DNA from: Macrostomum lignano
Lineage: Eukaryota
Assembly (NCBI GenBank): GCA_002269645.1
Contig: NIVC01000162.1
Coordinates: forward strand, 124,001 to 188,000
Length of the DNA: 64,000 nt
Direction: 5' to 3'
Every line of letters starts with the position of its first letter. The first letter of the stretch is position 1. Positions 48,288-59,641 of the stretch are shown piece by piece. The position numbers were made by a program, and so were the translations under genes. The notes below the pieces were generated by a model. It did no database searches and was not told the DNA's origin. It worked only from the letters and a program-made list of their open reading frames with translations.

Positions 48288-50654
48288 CTACAGCTCCACT
48301 TTTGGCTCGGGCATCTGCTGATCCGTCTCCAACTCCGAATGGTTGTATCCGGGCGGTTTCTCCTCCTGTTGCTGCTCCTGCGGCTTAATCACAATTACCT
48401 GGTTCCGCTTGCGGTCGGCTAGCTTCTTGTGCACCAGCAGCGCGCCGTACATTGCCAGTTCCAGGATCTCAACTAGCGTCACGATTGATGCACCGATCCA
48501 TAGGCCTGAGAGAATTGATTGCTAATTGGTGTATATTCAATTTGTGGAATTGGCGCTCAGTGGCTTCTGTCTAGCTGTAATTATAACCTCCAAATAGTAA
48601 CAATATCAATCTTGAAAGGTGCGCAACAAAAAGTTTTCTCCAGTATTCTTAAACTTTAAACTACTTGAAGGTATTTTATAATGAAGGAGAAAGGCGTTTT
48701 GGTGTTTTTTCATTACCTAAAATTCCGCCCAAATCCGAAAAGAAATTTCTCAGCGGATAGGCCCAACTCTCGATGCTCATTTGCACGATCAGGTCCCTTG
48801 GATACAGATCTAGAACTCCGGCGTAATATTTGACGCGACTTTCGTAGTTGCTGACCAGATCTTTGAGTCCCCGCACGTCCAAGCCCCTCGCCTTGGCCTC
48901 GTTCAGCGCTTCCATGGCCAGATTGGACACCGCCTTGCCAGAATATTTCACGCTGTTCGGCCAATGGTAGTAGCGAGGCATCACTTCGTGCGATTTGACC
49001 CGGCACAGCACCGGGCAGCCGTGGGTGTCCACTCCCTCTCTGTTCTGCCTGTCCAGCACTCGCTGATAGCAGTCCAGGCGGGCGATGGTGCCGTTGTACA
49101 TGTCGTAGTTGGTGGCGACATAATCCATCAGAGGGTATTTGTACCAGCTGTCGTTGCGGATAGTGTAGTAGGTGTAGCTCGACGTTGGCCTTCTGTAAAA
49201 GATGTCCCGAAACAAGACGTGCTCGTTGATGTCGTGACAGACGCCTGGCTGCGCCATGTAGTACAGATCGGCCGGCTTGGGCAGGTGAGTGGCCAGGCAG
49301 CCGCAGGTGTCCAAGTACTCTTGCTGCATGATGCGCACGCGGCAGTCTTCGGTGCTGCCACGGAAGGTTTCATTCTCTGGCCCAGTCAGCTGGCTGTAGT
49401 CGGTGATGTAGGTTGCGTTGGGCAGGCTCTCCAGGCATCGATAGCTGCTCCGGTCGACTTTTTCCTGTATGGAAGTGTCAATCACCGCCTCGGTTTTGTA
49501 CTTGAGCGGCGACATCACGTGCGGTCCGTTCATGTTTGGCTTCACGCCTGTTGTAAATTTGGGGTGAGGTGGTTAGATTATCCGGTTGGTTTTGTGTAGA
49601 GAAACCGGCTTGCAAACCAGCATGCCTTACGCACCTCTTGGATGCAGCACCACCTTCATTCCTGGTATATCGTCGATCTCCTCTTCGTCAGTAAAGAATG
49701 ACGAACTGTATGTGTACATGAGCAGATAAAGTCCGTTGCCGGGCCCGGCCCTGACCACCGTATTGTTAAGCGGCGCGAACGTCATGCACTTAAACAGCTC
49801 GTCGTCCTTGTAGATGGTGAAATTCAAATAACTGCAGGGAATCGAGTTGAATCGGCAGAGCAGGACAATCTCGTACGGGTCGGGTAGTTGTTTTGACCTT
49901 AAATTTTTAATAAAACAGCGATCTAAAGACTAAGTAAGTGATTACGCATTAATGGGCACCATGTAAAGGTGTTTCTTTACTATGTAAGTGCAGTTTTAAC
50001 GGTCTTCAACGGTAATCTTAATTCATTTTGACATCCTGTTTCTAAGACGTACAAAAATTATTGTCCAACTGTCACTAGATTTTGGTGAGCCAGCGACCAT
50101 GCATCCACGCATAGCGGCCTGACTCTGGCTCACCTGTATGCGATCTTGTTTAGAGCCAGTTTACCGTGCCGATAGCTGCTGTATGGATTCACCGGCACGC
50201 TAGCGTTCATGTCCGTTTGGTTGAGCAGGTGAAAGAACCGGGACACGTCGTAGATCATGTCCACCAGACCGCGCGCTCGACCAGGCACTGCCACGGGGCT
50301 TGGCACCGGGTCATAGCCGTAGGTGACGCTCAGATAGTTCGTCGAACAGATGGTCACGTCGGGAAATTCGAAGAAGTCCGTGCGAGCCTCCAACTCTGTG
50401 CTAACCGGATAGGAGGTGTACTGCTGCACCAGCATGCTGAGATGCAGAATGAAGCCTACGCACACTCCGACGACCACCAGGGCCCAAAGGACGCGCTGGA
50501 CTCCGGAGCCCTGGCTCAGTCGGAAGATGCCGTGGCTGCTGGCCAGCTGCTGCTGCTGCTTCGTCGGCTGCTGATCCTCGATGCTGTCCTCGTTCCCGAA
50601 AGCCGCTTGCGCTGTGCGAACATCAGGCCTCGAGTTTATCGCCGAGCGTAGCAT
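48288..50654 (-). CDS. DEG/ENaC-family (amiloride-sensitive/acid-sensing-like) sodium channel subunit, 4 exons, about 610 aa
   Basis: Exons 50654-50134, 49897-49635, 49547-48717, 48505-48288 in frame. N-terminal SHG motif, TM1, FPDVTICSTN, CMTF..GPGNGL, GMKVVLHP, Cys-rich thumb, and SDLGGILG|LWIGASIVTLVEILE (TM2, GAS belt). The start Met is tentative. Confidence 0.93.
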
Positions 50655-51606
50655 AGTTACGCAATTCAGAGACTGTTGCGCACTTAGCCTGTGATGGGTT
50701 AACCCGCTGGAATCCAATGGGGCAATCTGGGACCATTTGATCTCGGCCTACCAGCTAAATACTTTCTCAAATGTTTGCCGGTGTTGCCAAGACGACCAGC
50801 TCCAATCTAAACGATAGCTGAATGCAACAACAACTTGTCAATCAAAAAGCTGTTCGCAAAGAAATTTGAAGTTTCGTTTGACACCTGATCTCTATGAATT
50901 ACGATTTTAGAGGTTTTATATCCGACCGAAGAGCCAAACTTTATGAATCAGTTTCAGTGGCTGTTCTTTAGCTCTGCTTTGAACAGAATCTATTCACCAC
51001 AGGTTCTTTGAACTGTCGCTGGCATTCGATCTTTAGTCAAAGTTTGCCACCTCTTTGAAATCAAAGACTGATCTATCTGACTTTGTGCTAGCAGTTCTTT
51101 TATTATACAAAGGACTTCATGGCGCATCTCAAGACAATATGAATCTGATTATTGAATCAGCTTGATGAAAATCAAAAAATAGATTTTTTGAAATTTTACG
51201 AGTGGAGGGTTGTTTTAAAAGTACAGATAATTTTTTTCATAACTCGAATTGAACTTTTTCCCTTGAAATGGGAAAAGTTGCCAATTCTTAACAAAATTGC
51301 TTATAAGTTTTATAAAATATTAAAAAATTCTGCCTGCGCTGTGTGCTCTCTAAAATATGCAGGGTCTCTCCTCCTATTTCGGCCATAGACAACTGCTTGA
51401 CCAATGTATTCTTTGGGACTGGCCATTGACGTGAAGTGTTCCAATTGTCATTTTCTTCCCCGCCTATTTCGGCCATAGACGATTCAATCAGCAGCTAACC
51501 TTCCATTATTAAGACCACAGATTATATATTACCTCAGTCTGCCTGCTAGAGAATGCACTGTGGGGGTTAGGCACGCTAGGGCAGTTATAAAAATGTCTGT
51601 ATGAGC

Positions 51607-52180
51607 CACAGATACTAAAATAACTAGATGGGCCCACAGAATATACAGTATACAGAATGCTCAATCACACATTTTGGGAAATTTCTTGCACAAGAATTAC
51701 ATGTATATTCTATACTAGCTACTCTCGTTGTGAAGAAAAACTATATTCTGTGACATATGCCATTCAATCACATATACTTAGTAAAACAGCTTTCTACTTT
51801 CAGTTCAGTAGCAAAGAAGAATACATAAGCTATTTTATAAAAATAACGGCAGTTGAAATGACTTTGATAAGTTTAGAAGCCCAAGCTTGCAGGCGTAAAC
51901 AGCTTGCTAATTGGTTCAGCAATAATGTACATTAGCCAGTCCACTGAAATGTACATGGCAGCTTTAGGCCGGAATTCCGACAAAGGCAATAAGAATTGGG
52001 GCGGGGCGGGGGGTAGTGTGGAAAGGCGCGGTTGGAGGGTTTAAGCTGGGGGTAAGAGCCAATAAATGAGCCTTGGCTTTAAAAATGCATTAAAATGCTT
52101 CGGTTTAACTTACTACTGAACTGAAAGTAGCTTACACGTAAATGTGCTGAGTGGCCCATCTAGTTATTCTATTATCTAGG
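51607..52180. mobile_element. MITE related to the 33836-35336 P-like family
   Basis: Ends CACAGATACTAAAATAACTAGATGGGCCC / GGCCCATCTAGTTATTCTATTATCTAGG, inner inverted block CTACTTTCAGTTCAGTAG; flanks GTATGAGC / ATTTGAGC (degenerate TSD). Confidence 0.7.
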
Positions 52181-52780
52181 ATTTGAGCCACAGGTTATAT
52201 TACCTAGATGGTGTACTTCAGCCGCCTAGCGACAGCGCAAAAACCCCGGGTTTTGACCATAGACTGCAGCTTCTGCTGCTCTCAAGACATTACCTCTGGG
52301 TTTTCGGGGCCGAAAAACCGTAACAATTTTTAATCTGGACTGTCATGTAAAGATATCACAGCAATACATGCAGGCTGATTGAAGTTGAAACTGAAGCTAT
52401 ACTTGATAAGTTCACCCATTCAGCTAGAGGTTGTGCCAAAATTGTCGTAACTTCAATCAACCCTCGTAGTTTGATAGGCTTGATAGGTTTGATAGGTAGA
52501 AGAAATCTTATAATCGAAATAGAATTTAAATGATGTAGCTGTTATAGTCTGAATCACTTTCTGCAGAACTACAGACTTATTTATTTATTTATGTATTTAT
52601 TTCAAAAAATAGACATGACTCTTACTGTGTAACAGAATCCATATGATTCCGACAGGGTTTTGTTTAAATAATCGCAGGGTGTATATAAATAAAACAAAGC
52701 ACTCGCCGCCACCACCACAAGCATTGGATAATTATTTGCTTTCCCTATTATATGGTTTCGATCCCATGACCATCATGCAG

Positions 52781-54358
52781 TCAGCCCTTGTGCAGGGTGC
52801 ACAGCTTCGGCATCGGGCAGGGCGGACTGCTGCACTCCGACTTGCTGATGCAGTTGCCGCACCGGTGCGTGCGCACGTAGCTTTTGCGCGTCTCCTTGAC
52901 CTTGCCGTCTGGCAGCTTCTGCCGCGTGATCTTCGGCTGCATGCACGAATTGCAGGCGTAGCACTTTCTGGTGCACACGGTGCTTCCGCCGGATGTTGTA
53001 CAGTTGGGCTTCAGCTCGCAGCTGGACTGGTTGTAGCACTTCCACCTGAGGGGTTGTGGAATACGGCGCTTTGTTTAAACTCCGGACTGAATGATTGATT
53101 GTACCGGCATTGGAATTTGCAAATTTCTATGGACTTCACTCACGGCATGAGGACGATCTGCATTCCCTTGCTCGGCAGATTCAACACTTTTTTCTTGCGG
53201 ACAGGTGTCATGATGTTCTTCTTCTTCTGCTCTTGCGGCTGGTCCACGCGGTCAGCTGAAATATCAGCCAGGGCATGAGCCATGGTAAATAGCATTGGAT
53301 TGCTAATCTATCCATGGTAAATAGCACTGGATTGCTAATCTATCCATGGTAAATAGCACTGGATTGCTAATCTATCCATAGTAGATAGCATTGGATTGCT
53401 AATCTATCCATGGTAAATAACATTGGATTGCTAATCTATCCATAGTAAATAGCACTGGATTGCTAATCTATCCATAGTAAATAGCACTGGATTGCTAATC
53501 TATCCATGGTAAATAACATTGGATTGCTAATCTATCCATAGTAAATAGCACTGGATTGCTAATCTATCCATAGTAAATAGCACTGGATTGCTAATCTATC
53601 CATGGTAAATAGCACTGGATTGCTAATCTATCCATGGTAAATAGCACTGGATTGCTAATCTATCCATGGTAGATAGCACTGGATTGCTAATCTATCCATG
53701 GTAAATAGCACTGGATTGCTAATCTATCCATGGTAGATAGCATTGGATTGCTAATCTATCCATGGTAAATAGCATTGGATTGCTAATCTATCCATGGTAA
53801 ATAGCATTGGATTGCGAATCTATCCATGGTAGATAGCATTAGATTGCTAATCTATCCATGGTAGATAGCACTGGATTGCTAATCTATCCATGGTAAATAG
53901 CACTGGATTGCTAATCTATCCATGGTAAATAGCACTGGATTGCTAATCTAGACATGGTAAATAGCATTGGATTGCTAATCTATCCATGGTAAATAGCATT
54001 GGATTGCTAATCTAGCCAACATCGTGGAGGACGGAATGGATTGGATTGCTAATCTATCCAACATCGTGGAGTACGAAATGGATTATTGGATTGCTAATCT
54101 ATCCAACATAATGGAGTACGAAATGGATTATTGGATTGCTAATCTAGCCAACATCGTGGAGTACGAAATGGATTGGATTGCTAATCTAAATATCCAAAGC
54201 TTCCGGAGGCAAGGCGTACAGCAAAGATAAAAATCGAGGCTCTCACCAACTGAAGTTGCTGGCCGCAGATGAACTTGCGCTTTCACCACCTCCATGGGAA
54301 GCGATGAGGCGCCCAGCATCATCGCGGTGACCAGGCAAAACGCCAGCAGGTATCGCAT
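52781..54358 (-). CDS. Secreted basic cysteine-rich peptide precursor of unrecognised family, 3 exons, 162 aa
   Basis: Exons 54358-54247, 53255-53144, 53045-52781 join in frame. Signal peptide MRYLLAFCLVTAMMLGASS, basic clusters KKK and RKKK, and a 12-Cys C-terminal domain. Confidence 0.8.
53285..54190. repeat. 32-bp minisatellite (ATGGTAAATAGCACTGGATTGCTAATCTATCC) followed by 45-48-bp units with the same core
   Basis: Fills intron 1 of the Cys-rich gene. Confidence 0.95.
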
Positions 54359-55129
54359 TTCGATGCTGTCCTAGAGCGACTCAAAATACAGCAATTGAAT
54401 TGCTGCTTTGAGTAATTGAACACGACTCAAGGAACTCTAGCAAGACAACGGAAAACCGTGATTCAGTTGCGAGTTAGCAAAACTGTCATTAACTCACTCA
54501 GTCCCGCTGAGAAATCTTTCCGGTGTAAAAAAACCCGAGGCTGAGACCGAGCTTTAATGCAGCATAGAGGCTGCATGGTCTGGTTTGCTCATCTGCCACC
54601 CTGAGTACATAAGCTATTGTGGCATATTGGGCACAGTGCGCAGTATGAGCACAGTGTGCCATTGTTTGAGTCCACTGTACAATTCCTAACTCGATGTTGG
54701 CCCAGCTGGATGTTGACACTCGCGCCCGAAGCACGTTTTAGTCTGCGCATACAATTAATGCGAAGCAAACGCCTTAGACTAGCCTAAATAGCTCTTTAAT
54801 TTGAACTATTCCTCGCGCACATAATCTGCAACATCTGCAACCGTCTACTAATATAGTAGACAAAATAGCGAATGTCTATGGTTTTGAATTTAAAGAACAT
54901 TTTGGCGGCCAGTTTGATCGTATTAACAGTAGAACTACCAAGGGGGTTTTCCCCCTGATAACTTTTTTGCTGCGCCGGAACGGAGCAACGCAGGCACACG
55001 AAATTCAATAAGATGGGCCAACCTTTTGTTGCGCACCTTCTCAAACAAAAATCATGTCACCCGCCCTCCAGACCGTCGAGATATTCGATGATTCTTTCGA
55101 AAGGTCGGATTTTTCCATAAGCGCTAGTG

Positions 55130-55400
55130 TATTCAGTACACCTCTGTGCGCCAATCAGCCCTGCGCCTCAGTGCAGCCTTGGCAAGTCTCCAAATTTCAT
55201 CAGCACGTCGACCACATGTGTCTGCATCAGATGTGACTTCGCTGATCACTGGTCTTCACCCAGACGGAGCTTCTGGACCTTCAACAGGTGGAACCAGGTG
55301 TCATCTGTTGAAGTTTCTAACGGCGTCGGGGTGATGACTGAATGCTTGAGAGACTAGCTGAGGATGTCCAGCAGTTGAGGCTTGCCCACTGTCGAGGCTT
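55130..55400 (-). mobile_element. Possible degraded non-LTR (RTE-like) retrotransposon 3' fragment
   Basis: Fragments TWFHLLKVQKLRLG and EIWRLAKAALRRRADWRTEV loosely resemble RTE ORF C-termini; weak. Confidence 0.25.
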
Positions 55401-56118
55401 GATCAGCAAAACTCGAGAAATTTGCAACAGTGTGTCCATAGTCACCTTGATATCTCAGCAACTCCCCCTTCAGCCATGGCATCTCAGAAAACTCCCCTTT
55501 GAGCCATTGGCATCCCCCTAAGACTGCAAAGAGCAGTCATTTTCTGAGTCTCATCCCTCAGAATAAGTTCCAGATTCTTAATCAAGTGTTCGTATGGCCC
55601 TGTGTGTAGCCAGGCCGCTAAGCTGGATCTGCACTTTTGCACCAAAGGTTCGTCGTCTCGGACTGGAGATTAGCTTGAATTATTTGAAGTAATTCACCTT
55701 TTATGAGGCCAAAAATTTAAAAACAATTCATGACGTTAACACTGATATTAAACTCTTGCAAGAATAGATAAGGTTTACAAATAGCCGTTCATTTCTCTAA
55801 AAAATGATTGACACTGAAATTTCCGTCCCGAGCTTCACAAATTCTATGAACCAATCGAATCATGAAGCTTTTAATTTCAGTGCATCAAATTCAATAAATA
55901 TTGGAACTAAAGAATAAAATCTGTTTGGGATTACTGAGTATTTGTATTTGAGTACACAATTGTATTAATATTTATTTGTTTAATAATTTAATCCGAACAA
56001 AGAATACAGTGTCCAATTAATAGTTGAGCTGGAGTTCGTAACAGCTATAAGGCTATCAGATTTGAATCCGCTTTAGGCATTGTTTTGCACTTTAATTGTA
56101 TAGTGGAGTCGCAATCAA

Positions 56119-56537
56119 TCATTCTCTCTCGACGCTCTGACCCTTCATGGCGAAGCTCTTGACCTCCTGGCCCTCCTGGATGAGGGCACACAGGCCGCAG
56201 AAAAACCAGACGCAGAAGTCGCCAATAAAGCTGCCATCGATGCCCTGACGCTCCCTGATCTTGCCGCGCACGATGGGGCCGAGGATGAAGCCGAGGCCGC
56301 AGGCCATGCCCAAGGCGCACAGCATGCAGCTGTCGCCAACGGCCTCTGCATTCTTGCCGAACGTGTAGCACGGCACAAAATAGGTGATGATGCACAGGCC
56401 TGCAGGAGAGTGCACGCATTCAAACAAATTTGTTCGCCAATAGCTAATGAATGAAAGGTGAATCGTTAGTTGGCGAGCTGCCCGGACTTACCGCAATCGT
56501 CGAAGCAGCCGCAGAGTCCGTGCTGAAATTCGCCCAT
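56119..56537 (-). CDS. PLAC8/cornifelin-family cysteine-rich protein, 2 exons, 108 aa
   Basis: Exons 56537-56492 and 56399-56119: MGEFQHGLCGCFDDC|GLCIITYFVPCYTFGKNAE..RGKIRERQGIDGSFIGDFCVWFFCGLCALIQEGQEV. Confidence 0.93.
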
Positions 56538-57224
56538 GTTGCTGCAGCAGAGTTGTTAGTTGCGAACTAATTAGCGAGTGCGCGCCTGTATAGAGCTTGG
56601 TCCAATTTGCCCGAGCCGCAGTCTAAGCGTGGCTTGCTGTTGTAGGCCCCATATATATTTCCGCTTCGAATATATGCGCGCCTGAGCCACACTGCCTGTA
56701 CAGCGATAAGTTTTATCGCTGTGCAGCTCGAGGCATGGAGCCGGTCCTCGCTGTTAGAGCAATGGCAATGGGCTCCGATAACACCGCTTGGTGCCGGCGG
56801 TGCCGCCCCAACCCTTCCTCCCTAGCGAGTGTTGGCTTGTTGCACTGCGCCGTTGCTATGGTAACCCCAGCAAGTAAATGTCTCTCCCGCCCTGCTGTCT
56901 CTCCATTTTGTTTTATTTTTATATATCTGCGCAACTGTTTCACATGAATATTTTGTTGCTATTGGTGATGGAAACCACTTGGAGAGAGGGAGAGGTCAGA
57001 TTTTCATTGATAATGAAATTGTGTATTGGAGCTTTGGCTAGTTATGCGCCTATCTGTCTCTGATATCTGACTTAAACCTGTTTCGTTACAGCGAATCACC
57101 ATATATGGTGAAATTCTGTATTCAAGCGCACACAGTCTGCTTTCTCTGCAATGGAGATACTCCAATGAGATTTAGCCTGCCTCGACTGCCCGCAATGCGT
57201 GCCTTCTTAATTGTTTTCAAGCTG

Positions 57225-57990
57225 GAATGGATTGCTAATCTATAGCCTGGCTTATCGTGATGATGGAATAGAATGGATTGCTAATCTATAGCCTGGCTTA
57301 TCATGATGATGGAATAGAATGGATTGCTAATCTATAGCCTGGCTTATCATGATGATGGAATAGAATGGATTGCTAATGTATAGCCTGGCTTATCATGATG
57401 ATGGAATAGAATGGATTGCTAATCTATAGCCTGGCTTATCATGATGATGGAATAGAATGGATTGCTAATCTATAGCCTGGCTTATCATGATGGTGGAATA
57501 GAATGGATTGCTAATCTATAGCCTGGCTTATCATGATGATGGAATAGAATGGATTGCTAATCTATAGCCTGGCTTATCATGATGATGGAATAGAATGGAT
57601 TGCTAATCTATAGCCTGGCTTATCATGATGATGGAATAGAATGGATTGCTAATCTATAGCCTGGCTTATCATGATGATGGAATAGAATGGATTGCTAATC
57701 TATAGCCTGGCTTATCATGATGATGGAATAGAATGGATTGCTAATCTATAGCCTGGCTTATCATGATGATGGAATAGAATGGATTGCTAATCTATAGCCT
57801 GGCCTATCATGATGATGGAATAGAATGGATTGCTAATCTATAGCCTGGCTTATCATGATGATGGAATAGAATGGATTGCTAATCTATAGCCTGGCTTATC
57901 ATGATGGTGGAATAGAATGGATTGCTAATCTATAGCCTGGCTTATCATGATTTATGAAATAGAATGGATTGCTAAGCTATAGCCTGGCTT
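57225..57990. repeat. 46-bp minisatellite (GAATGGATTGCTAATCTATAGCCTGGCTTATCATGATGATGGAATA)
   Basis: About 16 near-identical copies. Confidence 0.97.
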
Positions 57991-58379
57991 ATCCCGGTGG
58001 CTACTGCAGCCTAGAGTTGGGAACTAGCCAATTGACTCAAGGTCAATGGGAGTCTGCAAGGAGATAAGGGTAAATCCCTTATTGGTTGGCTGAGAGCGAC
58101 TCCCTTATCAAATCCCTCCTTCCAGTAACAGGATTTGAGATTTACCACTCTGCTGATTCTTTTAGATATACTGAACTGGACGCACAGTTTTTTTAGTGTT
58201 ACTAAAAGTAGTCTGTTTTGTTAGATTCTAATTGAATTTTCTTTTCTTTTTTTGCGCAATATCAGCGCAAAAGAGAGGGAGCTGTGTTTGTTTGCACTGG
58301 ACACGGCGGGTGAAAGGTGAAGCAGAGCCATTACGAGCGTAGCGATCGAAAAATCAATCAATAAATAATCAGTCAGTCG

Positions 58380-58730
58380 ATTCGTTAATAAATCAAACAG
58401 TCAATCAATTCTTTATCAATCAATAGATCAATCAATTATCAATCAATGAATCACTCAACTTTTTCTATCTATCAATCAGTTACGCTCGAAATCAACCAAC
58501 CAACCAACCAATCAATCAATCAACTAATGAATCAATCAATTAACCAATCAATCAATCAATCAACCAATCAATCAATTAACCAACCAATCAATCAACCAAC
58601 CAACTAATCAACCGATAAATCAATCAATCTACCAATGAATCAATGAATGAATCAATCAATCAGTCAATCAGGCAATGAATCAGTCATACAATAAATAAAT
58701 AAATCAATCAATGAATCAGTCAGTTAATCC
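58380..58730. repeat. Degenerate (AATC)n microsatellite
   Basis: AATC/AACC/AATG tetramers. Confidence 0.9.
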
Positions 58731-59194
58731 GAGCATGAATTCCACTAGTCTGATTTCATCCCGTGCATTTACATTGTTGCGTCAGCTCAAGCATCCCCTA
58801 TAAACGAGCTAAGCAGCCTCAGCTGAGCCCTTAGCTTCGAAGAACACTATTTTTAGCTTTGAATTGAGCTGCAACTTGTAAATAATAGCAAATGTGTCTA
58901 TTATTCCGAGGTTGAATAACTGGTTTATCTACCTGGATATTTTTACAAGTATAGCTAGGAATGACAGCGAAGGTTTTTTATGCAGTAGAATTGCAAATAT
59001 TTCAATATTTAATATTAACTCTATGAGAGTTATTGCTTAGTTTGCTAAGACAGCAAAGCAGTTCTCTGAAGTATAAGAATAATTGGCTTTTTGAAGTCAT
59101 ATATGCAAGTACATTATAAGCAACAGGGCAAGCTCGGTCAATACCTGCTCACAAGGACGCAAGGGTAAGTAAGTAGGACCAGTTTGGGTCTTAG

Positions 59195-59630
59195 CTGACT
59201 CCGCCAGATCATGATAGGCCTAGCTAGGTCATGACCCGGCGGAGTCATCTATGACCCAGCTATGACCCAGGACTAGATAGGTGATAGATGACTCCGCCAG
59301 GTCATGATAGGACTAGCTGGGTCATAGATGACTCCGTCAGGTCATGATAGGACTAGCTGGGTCATAGATGACTCCGTCAGGTCATGATAGGACTAGCTGG
59401 GTCATAGATGACTCCGTCAGGCCATGATAGGTCTAGCTGGGTCATAGATGACTCAGTCAGGCCATGATAGGTCTAGCTGGGTCATATATGACTCAGTCAG
59501 GCCATGATAGGTCTAGCTGGGTCATAGATGACTCAGTCAGGCCATGATAGGTCTAGCTGGGTCATAGATGACTCAGTCAGGCCATGATAGGTCTAGCTGG
59601 GTCATAGATGACTCCGTCATGTCATGATAG
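59195..59630. repeat. 40-bp minisatellite (GTCATGATAGGACTAGCTGGGTCATAGATGACTCCGTCAG)
   Basis: Tandem copies; internal hairpin GTCAT-AG-ATGAC. Confidence 0.95.
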
Positions 59631-59641
59631 GCTTGGCAACA

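Noticed and set aside
48964-49599. 211-aa plus-strand ORF
   Set aside because: Antisense shadow of the DEG/ENaC exon.
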